DNA from: Malacoraja senta
Lineage: Eukaryota
Assembly (NCBI GenBank): GCA_038087875.1
Contig: JAXLNO010000563.1
Location: 1-64,000, forward strand
Direction of reading: 5' to 3'
Length of the DNA: 64,000 nt
Shown here one piece after another: positions 1 through 12,100 of this stretch. The notes below the pieces were generated by a model. That model saw only the letters and a list, made by a program, of their open reading frames with translations. It was not told the DNA's origin and searched no databases. The stretch's first letter is position 1; each line of letters opens with the position of its first letter. Position numbers and translations under genes: made by a program.

Positions 1-399
1 CTGCAGATGCTGGTTTACACTGAAGATAGTTACAAAATGCTGGAGTAACTCAGCGGGTCAATCAGCACCTCTGGAGAAAAGGAATAGTTGACGTTACGGG
101 TCGAGACCTTTCTTCAGAATCTTTTTGCATCCTTGTTAGCCACGGGTACGGAAGTAGAAGACTAGAAGGTGGCCATTGCTGTGCCTTTGTTTCACAAGTG
201 AGGTGAGGACAAGCAGGGAACTACCCGCTGGTGAGCCTGACATCACTGCTGAGAATGTTACTGCGGGGCAGTCTGAGAGACAGGATCTCACAGTATTTGC
301 AAAGACAAGGACTGATTAGGGATAGTCAGCATGGCTTTGTGCATGGGGAATGAAGTCTTACAAATTTGAATGCGTTTATTGAAAAGTGACCAAGGAGAT

Positions 400-735
400 T
401 GGTGAAAGTTTAGTTTAGTTTAGACGTACAGCGCAGAATCAGGCCCTTATGCCCACCGAGTCCATACCGACCAGTGATCCCTGCACACCCACACTGTCTG
501 ACACACACCAGGGATAATTTACATTTTTTTAAATTAAGCCAATTAACCTACAAACCTGTATGTCTTTGGAGTGTTGGAGGAAACTGAAGATCTCGGAAAA
601 AAACCCACACGGTCACAGGGTGAACGTACAAACTCTATACAGACAGCACCCATAGTGGGGATTGAACCTGGGTCTCTGGTGCTGTAAGCGGTGTAAGGCG
701 GCAACTCTACCGCTGTGCCACCGTGCCACCCAATT
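400..735 (-). mobile_element. tRNA-derived SINE (HE1/V-SINE-like) inserted in a CR1 fragment
   Basis: The minus strand reads ggcacggtggcacagcggtagag (A-box) ... ccaggttcaatccc (B-box), followed by a central tgtgaccgtgtgggttt domain and a (CTAAA)n tail. Confidence 0.85.
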
Positions 736-3092
736 GAGTTCAATTGATTAAATTCAATCTGCCGTTTCATGGTCCATTTCTGGAACTGATCTATACTTTG
801 ACAGTATTTGTATACTTACTGTATACTTTGACAATATTTCTCACTGTCTGCAACTCCATCAGTTCTGGTGTTGCCTGCAAAATCCATGTTGGCAACATCC
901 ACTGTTCTACTCTCATTGATCACCTTCTCAATCTAAGTTCATGAGACATTATCTGCCATGGACAACATCACACTGACTGACCCGAATAAGGCCATCCAAA
1001 TTAGAGTAAATCCTTTCCCGAAGAATCCTCTCCAATAGCTTCCCGGCCAGTGATGAGAGGCTAACCAACCTATAATGTCCTAGATTATCTCTACTTCCTT
1101 CTTAAACAAAGGAATAACGTTGGTTACACTCCAGTCCTCCCGGACTTCACCTGTGGCTAGAGAGAACACAAAGATCTTCATCGAGGCTCCTGCTATCTCT
1201 TCTCTTGTCTCTCTGAATAACATGGCTCCTAACAGGCTATGGAGATGTATCCACCTTAATTCTCTTCATGAGCCCCAACACCTCTTCCTTCTTGGTTTCA
1301 AAGTGCACTCCCATTTCTGAAGAAGTGTCTTGACCCGAAGTGTTACGATCCATGTTCTAAGTGGTTCAATGGTTCAGTGGTTTATTTATTGTCATGTGTA
1401 CCAGGTACAGTGAAATAAATGTTTTTGCATGTAGCTCAGCAAGACTATTCCCATACATAAGCACAATCACCCCTGTTAGTACATTAGTTATCCATTGTTC
1501 TCCAGGGATGCTGCCTGAACCATTGAGTTACTCCAGCATTTAATAAACCAGTATCTGAATACATTGCATATTATTAGTATTCTCCGTACAGATGTCACTG
1601 TTTCCATATTCCTTTCCTGAGTGAATATTGATGCAAAGTTATCCTTTACTACCTCATCTACATCCTCTGACTCCAAGCATATATTCCCTCCTTTATTCTT
1701 GAGCAAAACTATCTATTTTTCCCTCTTCTTTTAATGTACATACAAGAGACCTTGAGATTTTCTTGAATTCAACTTGACATTGACATTTCATGGCCCGTTT
1801 AAGCCTTTCTGATTGCCTGTTTGTGTACTTTCCTGTTTGCTTCATATTCTTCAAAGGAAGAGTATGTAAGGTTTATCTCAGTGGGTCAGATAGGTGACAT
1901 TTTGGGTCAAGACCCTTCTTCAGACTCTTCTCGACCCAAAACATCACCCATTCCTTCTTTTCAGTGATGCTGCCTGTCCCACTGAGTTACTCCAGCAATT
2001 TGTGTCTATCTTCAGTGTAAACCAGCATCTGCAGTTTCTTCCTACACATCTTCAAACTTGTGGACACAAGGTGCTGGGGTAACTCAGCGGGTCAGGTAGC
2101 ATCTCTGGAGTCTGAAGAAGGGTTCCTACTTGAAACGTCACCTATCCCTGTACTCATGAGGTGCTGCCTGACCACCTGTGTTACTCCAGCACTTTGTGTC
2201 ATTTTTGTAAGCCAGCATCTGCAGTTCCTTGTTTCTACTTATGGAGTTGTGATTACTGTACTCTAAAAACTCTTCCACTGCAACACAGTCCTGTTGACAA
2301 TAAACTAATCTGGGATCTGGTAACATACCTGAATCACTCGATCCCAGATAACATCCTGGTGAATCACCTCTGCACCTTCTGCAGCGTCATCACACCTTTT
2401 CCATAGTAAAGATGCCTCCACATCCCCGGTATTTCCATTTGTCCTTCCCCACCAAAAGAATATCTTGCTGCCTTGACTTCATCCCTTCTCCACCTCTAGT
2501 CTCTACAGAATCACGATGAGCTTCACAAGATTCCATCCCCTGACACATGGCCCCTCCCCCTCTCATTCAGTTGTTTGAAAGGTTTGCTTCAATGGGGCCT
2601 TTAGGTCGGCATGGACAAGTTGGGATAAGGGGCCGGTTTCCATACTCGATATTCCATGACTTGTACAAAGGATTCCTGAATTGAGTCCTTCACCAAGTAA
2701 CTGCCAACAGAGGTCAGCAGTCACACACAGGAGGAAAGCCGTGTGTTGCAACCATGTTGTTCAATGATCTGAGTGGAGAGTGATGAGGGTGGAGGAGGGA
2801 AAGCACTGAGGGAGGGAAAATAATTCAGACCATCAAAAGTTGTGCCAGAGGAACTCAACGGATCGAAGTGTATCTGAGGAGGGAAAGGAGTTGTCGGTGT
2901 TCGGGTTTAAACCCTGCATCAGGATTGAATTCCGAGTCTCCCAGTGGGGAGCAGACTCTGCTTCTCACTGTCTGGGGCCGCCTGTGTTCCCAGCCCAGAG
3001 GGAGCGATGATACCAGCTCACTTTCAACCTCAGCGATCCGGAAAGTGGTCTTTTGTTCACTTAATGGAAGAATTGTTTTTAATTGTTGACAG

Positions 3093-3246
3093 GACATTTG
3101 AGCAGAAAACTGAAGACTATGAGAGGCTCGCCAATGAATTCAAAAAGGACTTGGAGAAAGACCACCGTTCCTTTCGCAGCCATTATGTCTATATCGCATG
3201 GTACAACACACGGGGACTTGTGCAAATGGCATTTACAACAAAGTGA
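3093..3246 (+). CDS. Candidate terminal coding exon of an unrecognised protein (TFEQKTEDYERLANEFKKDLEKDHRSFRSHYVYIAWYNTRGLVQMAFTTK*), copy 1
   Basis: Acceptor ttttttaattgttgacag|G (phase 2), then 154 nt open to TGA. The acceptor, length and stop are preserved in the inverted copy at 25691-25844. Non-repetitive sequence; AATAAA at about 4031. Confidence 0.5.
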
Positions 3247-4964
3247 AGCATAATCTCTCTCTCAGAGGTTCTGCTACATTTACAGATTCCACACAGTGAG
3301 ATGCGCTAAACTCTATTCTTCACTTTAACAAGGGTCTTCCACATACATCAACAACAACATGTGGCATCTTAATGGAGCCAAACCTGCTCTGGGAATCAAG
3401 GGATATGGGGAAAAAGCAGGAAGGGGTTACTGATTTTGGATGATCAGCCATTATCATATTGAATGTCGGTGCTGACTCAAATGGCCGAATGGCCCACTCC
3501 TGCACGTATTTTCTATGTTTCTATGTTACACACATTGGGTGAACCCTGTATGTTTGCCACTGTTGGGGTTTTGAACCGTCCCCTGTACCCTGTGTATAAA
3601 CACTGCCCTCTAATGCAGTTGCCAGTTCCCACCTCCCACCCACAGGGCTGCTGTGAAGGGGGCTCACACCTCAGTCACAATGAACCAGCTACATTCACTC
3701 CAATGTGAGGCTTTCTCTGGTTGGACATCTGGGTGTTTGGGGAAAGAGCCATCAAGGCAGAGATATCTGTTCCAAGTCTCCCCACTGCACAGTTGTACAT
3801 GGGTGGGGGCCTCCTCTGGGCAACAGTGTCCTGTCCTCTGCAATCTGGAGAGTGTAATCCCTGGGTGTTGTAGGAAAAGCAACTCATTGATTGGAGGAGC
3901 TACTAGTGGGCCATTGCTCCTGTTAACACCAGTCCATTCTCAGCTGCTCTAGTGGCATTAATAGGCCCTTGTCTTTAGATTCTTTGTGTGTTTTGTTTTC
4001 CAAACTGCTGGGAATGTATTCTCACTGTGAAATAAAGAGGGTGATGCATCACAACACTGGGTCTCCGGGTCGATTCTTACTCAGAAACAGAACTGGTCAT
4101 TGATCACATCTCCAGTCCCACAGTGACTCCTTGGCTCAGCGCACAGTTGGGGAGATGCACGAAATGTTGCCCTTCACTGATGATTGGTGAAAGTGCATCA
4201 GGAAGTCTTGCTGCATTTGTACACAGCTTGATGAGACCACATCACAAATACGACGATTGAAAGCAAAACATTAGTGCTGTCAATGGGTGAGAACTATAGA
4301 AAATAGTGGAGATAATGAAATACGAGTGTATGTTTATTCTCTAGACTCAATGATACTCTGGTCTTGCCAGCAACGTAGAGTAGTTTCACTGGATCATTGC
4401 TGGCATAGTTCATAGCTTCTTCAGTGATAGGGGCAGAATTAGGCCATTCAAACCAACAAGTCTACTCCACCATACAATCATGGCTGATCTATCTCTCCCT
4501 CCTAAAGCCATTCTCCGGCCTTCTCTCCATAACCCGTGGCACCCATACTAATCAATAATATGCCAATCTGTGCCTTTAAAATACACAAAGACACCCTCCA
4601 CAGATGGTTTTTTTAATGAATCCCCCTCTGACTAAAGAAATTCTTCCTCATCTCCTTTCTAAAGGTATGTCCTTTTATTCTGAGGCTATGGTCTCTGGTC
4701 CTAGGCTCTTCCATTAGTGGAAACATCCTCTCCACATTGACTAGCCAGGTCTTTCACTATTCGGTAAGTTTCAATGAGGTCCCCCCTCTTCGTTCTAAAT
4801 GCCAGTGAGTACAGGCCCAGTGACGTCAAACGCTCATCATATGTTAACCTAATCATTTCTGGCATGAGGAGTTTGTGTTCTGAAGAGAGATTTGGTTACA
4901 TTGGTCTCTGCTCGTTGGAGCCCTTGAGTCCTTGCAACATCCTTGTAAATCATCTCTGCACTCT

Positions 4965-7715
4965 TTCAATTCAATTCAATTCAATTCAATTCCTTTATTG
5001 TCATCTTGCAAGCAACAGTTGTGCAGTGCAAAACGAAAAGACGTTTCCCAGGGAATACCGGAGCATCGCACATGACGTTTAAAACATTTCACACATAATA
5101 ATAATAATAACAACACTAAAACAATCCAGTCCCTGATGGAACAGTATAAGTTAAAATAGATACAAACAACGTTAAAATACAGTAAGACCAATCATAAACA
5201 TGTCCGGGGTGGCTGATTTGAGTGGCCAGTGCCAGTTATTCAAGTGGCCAGTGCCAGTTATTATAGTGTCCGTGCCAAGCCGCAGAATCAGGTGACTGTG
5301 AGTACAGAGTGGCTGTTTAGCAGCCTCACAGCATATGGCAGGAAGCTGTTTAGCAGTCTTGTAGTCCGGGTTTTGATGCTGCGATATCTCTTGCCTGATG
5401 GCAGGAGATCCAGGTGTATGTGGAGGGGGTGCATTTTGTCCTTGGCAATTTTTTGGGCTTTTTTCCGACAGCGGCTCAGGAACAGTTCTTGTACCGAGGG
5501 TAGGGAGACGCCAATGATCTTCTCTGCTCCCCTCACTACCCTCTGCAGAGCCTTCCTGTCCAAGCAGTTGCAGGTTGAGTATCACGTATTTAAACAGTAC
5601 GTGAGTACAGACTCCACCGTACCCCTGTAGAAAGTCCTGAGGATGTTGGTGGGGAGTGAGGCCTGTTTTAGTTTCCTCAGGAAGTGCAGTCGCTGATGGG
5701 CCCTTTTGACGGTCCCAGTGGTGTTTCTGGACCAGGTGAGGCTGTCTGTAATTTGCACGCCGAGGAACTTTATGCTCTCCACTCTCTCCACTGTGGCGCC
5801 ACTGATGTTAAGGGGTGCATACTTTGGCTGCGCCCTCCTGAAGTCGACAACCATCTCCTTTGTTTTTTCCACATTTAGTTCTAGATTATTTTTGCCGCAC
5901 CAGTCCACTATTTGTTTTACTTCCTCCCTCTACATTGATTCATCATCTCCGCTGATGAGTCCCACCACTGTTGTGTCATCCGCGAATTTTATGATCATAT
6001 TGTCCCTCAATCTGGCCGCACAGTCATGTGTGAGCAATGTGAACAACAGCGGGCTGAGCACACAGCCTTGAGGTGAGCCGGTGCTCAGCGTGATCGAGCC
6101 TGAAGTGTTCTTGCCCACACGGACTGACTGCGGTCTCTCTGTCAGAAAGTCCAAGATCCAGTGACACAGGGTGGTGTTGAGGCCCAGCAGGGTTAGTTTC
6201 TCCACAAGTCTCTGTGGGATGATGGTGTTGAACGCAGAGCTGAAGTCAATGTACAGGATTCTGGCGTATGTGTTACTTTTTTCCAGATGCGTGAGCACTG
6301 TGTGCAGCGTGGTAGAGATGGCGTCCTCTGTAGAACGGTTGGGGCGATAGGCAAACTGGAGGGGGTCTAACGATGAGGGGAGGCTGGCAGTAATGTGGGG
6401 TTGCACCAGGCATTCAAAACACTTCATTATTATTGGGGTCAGGGCGACAGGGCGGTAATCGTTTAGGCAGGCCACAACTGGTTTCTTCGCTATTGGGATT
6501 ATTGTACTCGTTTTGAGGCATGTGGGGACAATGGCTTGAGGGAGATGTTATAGATGTCCGTTAGCACATATGCTAACTCCTCAGCACATTCCTTAAGCAC
6601 ACGTCCTGGGATGTTATCGGGTCTGACTGCTTTCCACGGGTTGACCTTAGACAGGATTCTCTATGTGTCCATAGGGTCTATGGTCAGGACTGGCTGGTCG
6701 GTTTGTATGCAGGGACTGGCTCTCCCCTTGGGTGTGGTGTTTGCTGCATCAAAACGAGCGAAGAAGTTGTTTAGTTCATCAGGGAGAGAAGAATCTGTGT
6801 CAGTTACCTGCTGCCTTGCCCTGTACCCCGTCAGTGTTTGGATTCCCTTCCACATCCTCCTGGTGTCTCCTGTGTCACAGAGGTGTCCCTGGATTTTTCC
6901 CGCGTAGGCACGTTTCGCTGCCCTGATTCCTTTTTCCAGTGCAGTCCTGCTAGATCGAAGAGCGGATGTGTTACCGGCTCTGTAGGCTTCATCACGAGCC
7001 CTCAGCAGTGAGCGTACCTCTGCTGTCATCCATGGCTTTTTGTTTCCACGTGCAGTGAAGGTTTTCATGATGGTGACATCCTCGGTGCACTTGGCAATGT
7101 AGCTGGTTACAGTCTCTGCATACTCCTCGATGTTGATGAGGTCGTCATAGGATGCTGCTGTCCTGAACACATCCCAGTCAGTGTGCAGGAAGCAATCCTG
7201 CAGTGCTGAGGCTGCTTCCTCTGGCCAGACCCTGGTGTGTTTTCTCTCCGCTCTGACTTGTTTCTGCCGAGGTCTGTAGGCTGGTGTTAAAAACACTGAA
7301 ATGTGGTCCAAGTGGCCCAGGTGAGGGCGTGGGGCTGCCTTGTAAGCCTCTGGGGTGTTGGTGTAAACCAAGTCCAAGATGTTCTCTCCCCTGGTCTCAA
7401 AATCCACATATTGCTTGAATTTTGGGAGCACCGTCTTAAGGCTGGTGTGATTAAAATCCTCGGCCACCACAATGAAGCTATCAGGATATTTGGTCTGGAA
7501 CTCATTGATGGCGTCATGCAGAGCTCCCAGTGATTCGTTGGCCTTAGAATTTACATTATCACTTGGAGCAACATATACAGCCACAACGAAAACAACGGAG
7601 AATTCCCTCGGCAGATAGAAAGGCCGACATTTCACGATGAGGAATTCTATCAGCGGAGAGCAGTGTTTCCCGGCTATCGTAGCATTCGCACATCAGTCCT
7701 TGTTTATGTACAAGC
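4965..7715 (-). mobile_element. Rex1/Babar non-LTR retrotransposon, 5'-truncated and frameshifted (APE endonuclease + RT)
   Basis: ORFs 6661..7635 (CRPFYLPREF...TRGENILDLVY), 5930..6475 ([31 protein letters not shown]), 5582..5908 and 5288..5563; (TGAAT)n 3' tail at 4965-4990. Confidence 0.95.
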
Positions 7716-7719
7716 ACAT

Positions 7720-8510
7720 AAAAATAGAACAGAACAACATAGGAGCAGAACCTTCAGCTCCCAATGTATTGTGCCGAACAATCATGCCAAATTAAACTAA
7801 TCTGCTTGGTCTGCAATTGATTCATACCTCACCACTCTTTACACATCCATGTCTGTCTATCTAAAAGCTGTTTAAATGCCACTATCATATCTACCCCGCA
7901 ATATAATGTAAATAATGTCCCCCCCCCCCAACCCCCATATCTCCTATAAAGTTTGCCCCTCTGACCTTAAAGCTATGCCCTCCAATCTTTGACATGTCCC
8001 ACCTGATAAAAGGTTACGACTATCTACCCTTTCTAAGCCTCTCATTATTATGTATACTTCTATCAGGTCTCCTCTCAACTTCTGATGCTGCAGATAAAAC
8101 AATCCAAGTTTATCCAACTCCTTACAGTTAATATCCTGTAATCCAGGGAGAATTATGGTAAAGCTCTTCTGCACCCTCTTAAAAGCCTCCACATCCTATG
8201 TGTGATGGGGTGAGCAGAAGGGTGCACAATGCTCCCAATTCGGCCACACCAATTAAAAAAAAACCTGCAAGATGACAACCTGACTTTTCTGCTCAATGTC
8301 TTGACCGATGAAGGGAAGCACGCAATACACCTTCTTTACCGCTCTGTCTACTCGGTGCCACGTTCAAGGAGCGATGGAGCTGGAACCAAAATCCCCCTAT
8401 CCATTCTTGCCATTAACAATCTTGCCATTAACTATATACTGTCCCCTTACATTCTCCCTAAGTGCAACACCTCACACTTGCTTGGATGAAACTCCATCTA
8501 CAATTTCACT
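7720..8510 (-). mobile_element. Degenerate CR1 LINE 3' fragment
   Basis: ORF 7944..8192 RVQKSFT..LGLF.L...LRGDLIEVY.IMRG is the CR1 ORF2 C-terminus. Confidence 0.85.
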
Positions 8511-9161
8511 ATCTTTACTGCCTCGGCAAGGCCACCGGCATAATCAAGGACCAGTCTCACCACGGACACTCCCTCTTCACCCCTCTCCCATCAGGCAAGA
8601 GGTTCTAGAATGAAAAAGCACACCTCCAGATTCAGGAGCAGCTTCATTCCAGCTGTTATCAGGCAACTGAACCATCCTATCACCAAGCGAGCGGTCCTGA
8701 CTTACCATCTACCTCATTGGAGACCCTCAGACTATCTTTAATCAGACTTTACTGGACTCTATCTTGCAGTAAACATTATTCACTTTACCCTGTATTTCTA
8801 CACTGTAACCATGTATAATCTTTCTGCTGACTGGTTAGCAGGCAACAAAAAAGCTTTTGCCGTACCTCCGTAAACATGACAATAAACTAAGCTAAACTAA
8901 ACTAAACTAAACTAAACTTTACTAAACTACGTGTGACTGATCTGTACATCATGATATTTCTGACAGCCGTCCTCATTGCCCGCAACTCCACCAATTTTGG
9001 TGTCGTCTGCGAACTTAATAACCAATCCAACTACATTTATGTCCAGGACAGTTTCTTCCCAGCTGTTATCAGGCAACTGAACCATCCTACCAACAACTAG
9101 AGAGCTGTCGTGAGATATTATCTACCTCATTGGAGACTCTTGGACTATATTTTATCGGACT

Positions 9162-12100
9162 TAGACAATAGACAATAGACAATAGACAATAGGTGCAGGA
9201 GTAGGCCATTTGGCCCTTCAGGCCAGCACCGCCATTCAATGTGATCATGGCTGATCATCCCCAATCAGTACCCCATTCCTGCCTTCTCCCCATATCCCCT
9301 GACTCGCCTATTTTTAAGAGCCCTATCTAGCTCTCTCTTGAAAGCATCCAGAGAACCTTCCTCCACCACCCTCTGAGGCAGAGAATTCCACAGACTCACC
9401 ACTATCTGTGAGAAAAAAGTGTTTCCTCGTCTCTGTTCTAAATGGCTTACTCCTTATTCTTAAACTGTGGCCCCTGGGTCTGGACTCCCCCAACACCGGG
9501 AACATGCTTCCTGCCTCTAGCCTGTCCAAACCCTTAACAATCTTATATTTTCAATGAGATCCCCTCTTATCCTTCTAAACTCCAGAGTGTACAAGCCCAG
9601 CTGTTCCATTCTCTCAGCATATGACAGTCCCGCCATCCCAGGAATTAACCTTGTAAACCTACACTGCACTTCCTCAATAGCAAGAATGTCCTTCCTCAAA
9701 TTAGGGGGCCAAAACTGCACACAATACTCCTGGTGTGGTCTCACTAGGGTTGTGTACAACTGCACAAGGACCTCTTTGCTCCTATATTCGATTCCTCTTG
9801 TTATATAGGCAAACATGCCATTCACTTTCTTCACTGCCTGCTTTACCTGCATGCTTACTTTCATAGACTGATGAACAAGGACCCCCAGATCCCGTTGTGC
9901 TTCCCCTTTTCCCAACTTGACGCCAGTTAGATAGTAATCTGCCTGCCTATTTTTGCTACCAAAGTGGATAACCTCACATTTATCTACATTAAACTTCATC
10001 TGCCATGCATCTGCCCACACCCCCAACCTGTCCAAGTCACCCTGCATTCCCATAGCATCCTCCTCACAGTTCACACTGCCACCCAGCTTTATGTCATCTG
10101 CAAATTTGCTAATGTTACTTTGAATCCCTTCATCCAAATCATTGATGTATATTGTAAACAGCTGCGGTCCCAGCACCGAGCCTTGCGGTACCCAACTAGT
10201 CACTGCCTGCCATGCTGAAAGGGACCCGTTAATCCCTATTCTTTGTTTCCTGTCTGCCAACCACTTCTCTATCCATGTCAGCACTCTACCTCCAATACCA
10301 TGTGCCCTAATTTTGCTCACTAATCTCCTATGTGGGACCTTATCAAATGCTTTCTGAAAGTCCAGGTACACTGTTTCCACTGGCTCTCCCTTGTTCATTT
10401 TCCTAGTTACATCTTCAAAAAATTCCAGAAGATTAGTCAAGCATGATTTCCCCTTCGTAAATCCATGCTGACTTGGACCGATCCTGTTACTGCTATCCAA
10501 ATGTTCGGCTATCTCATCTTTTATAATTGACTCCAGCATCTTCCCCACCACCAATGTCAGGCTAACTGGTCTATAATAGTAAGATTAAACGAGAACTTAC
10601 CAGTTTGAAGTTTGATCTGTATTTTATGAGGAGTTACGATGAGGGATTACGTGAAGAGCCCGTCCAGCACGCATGCGCGACATTCTTCAAAGCAGCGGTG
10701 TGGAATCACAGGAAACACAATAATTGAAATAAACATAGTAAAGAAAAGGAGAACTAAGATACCTGTTGATCTATATATTTGAGGGTGGGAGCGGAGGGCA
10801 CGTAATCCCTCATCGTAACTCCTCATAAAATACAGATCAAACTTCAAACTGGTAAGTTCTCGTTTAATCTTACTATTTTACTTCGGAGTCACGTGAGTGA
10901 CTACGTGAAGATTTTAAAGCTCTGTGATTTCAAACCGTGTAACAGTTCATACTTCACTCGCTGCCGAAGTCATTCAAGGGAGGAAGTATGTTATCGTAAT
11001 CAACCATAATCTGTTTGTAAACAATAATGGTATCTATTAAACAATAACAAAAGACAAAATGCTCCCCCGGGCTTAAATTATATATTTTTGCAGATTTTAA
11101 AACTCTTTCTGCAAATAACACAGGTTCTGCTGGCGGCTTGTGGTAGAACGTTTGGAACGTTTTCTCCATGTTCATTCTTTTAGCCGCCGATGTGGATGCT
11201 GCCCTGGTGGAGTGAGATGTATATACATCAGTATCTACTCCAGCAGCTCCCAGTACCTGCTTGAGCCATCTCGAGATGGTTTGGCTCGACACCCAACCAT
11301 GAGGTTTCTTGTGTCTGACCCATAAGGCTTTTTTATTTATTTATTTATTTATTTATTATTATTTATTTTTTTTCCTTTCTCCCTCGAGAATCTCTTGTTG
11401 TGTTGATGTAAGTGAATAAGTGAGTCATGACACACAACCGTAGGTCAGGTGGGTATGCCCGGAAATCCATAACTAGGACTCAAGTTCCTGGCTTGCTCTG
11501 CTTTAGCAGCTCCTGAATGGTGAATGAGACCCGGTCTGGTGTTATAACCATGTTGTCCAGTCGCAGTAAGTGGAGGGACTGGACTCTTTGTGCTGAGACT
11601 AGTAGCATCAGCATGACCGTTTTCAGGGTTAGCTTTTCCAGGGTGAGAGACCTGGCTGGGGACCATCCCCTTAGGTATGTCAGGACCACACTGACATCCC
11701 AGATTTGTGTATACCTAGGTCTAAGAGGGTTGGAGTTGCCGATACTCCTCATGAGTTTGATCACCAGCGGGTGAGACCCTATGGCCTGTTGTCCTGGCAC
11801 CTGTTTTAAGTAGGCTGACAGCGCACGTCTGGCAGTATTGATGGCGCTGTAGCTCAATCCTTCATTATGGTGAAGGCCCCCCAGGAACTCCAGTACATTG
11901 GTTATGGTTGCAGATGAGTACGTTGTCCCAGTAGTCGAGCAGTATCTTTCCCACTTCCTGATGCTCGATAGGTATTGTTTCCTGGTGTACATACAGTGTC
12001 ATCATGTTGATGGTCCTGTCAGACAATCCCAGTCCCAGCAGTGGTCTTTTGATAATCTGCAACCCAGTAGGTTAATTTTGGCATGGCATGGATGACTTAT

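Larger units (their letters stand above)
1..4330. repeat. Arm A of a large inverted segmental duplication (partner 24600-29164); continues beyond the window start
   Basis: Position 1 ctgcagatgctggtttacactgaagatag is the reverse complement of 29135-29164. The ORF pairs 2944..3246(+)/25691..25993(-), 543..770(-)/28255..28629(+) and 1361..1543(+)/27416..27601(-) are near-identical. Confidence 0.95.

Noticed and set aside
3292..4125. RSS heptamers CACAGTG/CACTGTG (3292, 4023, 4119) and a J-like stretch at about 24805-24855
   Set aside because: No convincing nonamer at 12 or 23 spacing and no WGxG/FGxG motif.
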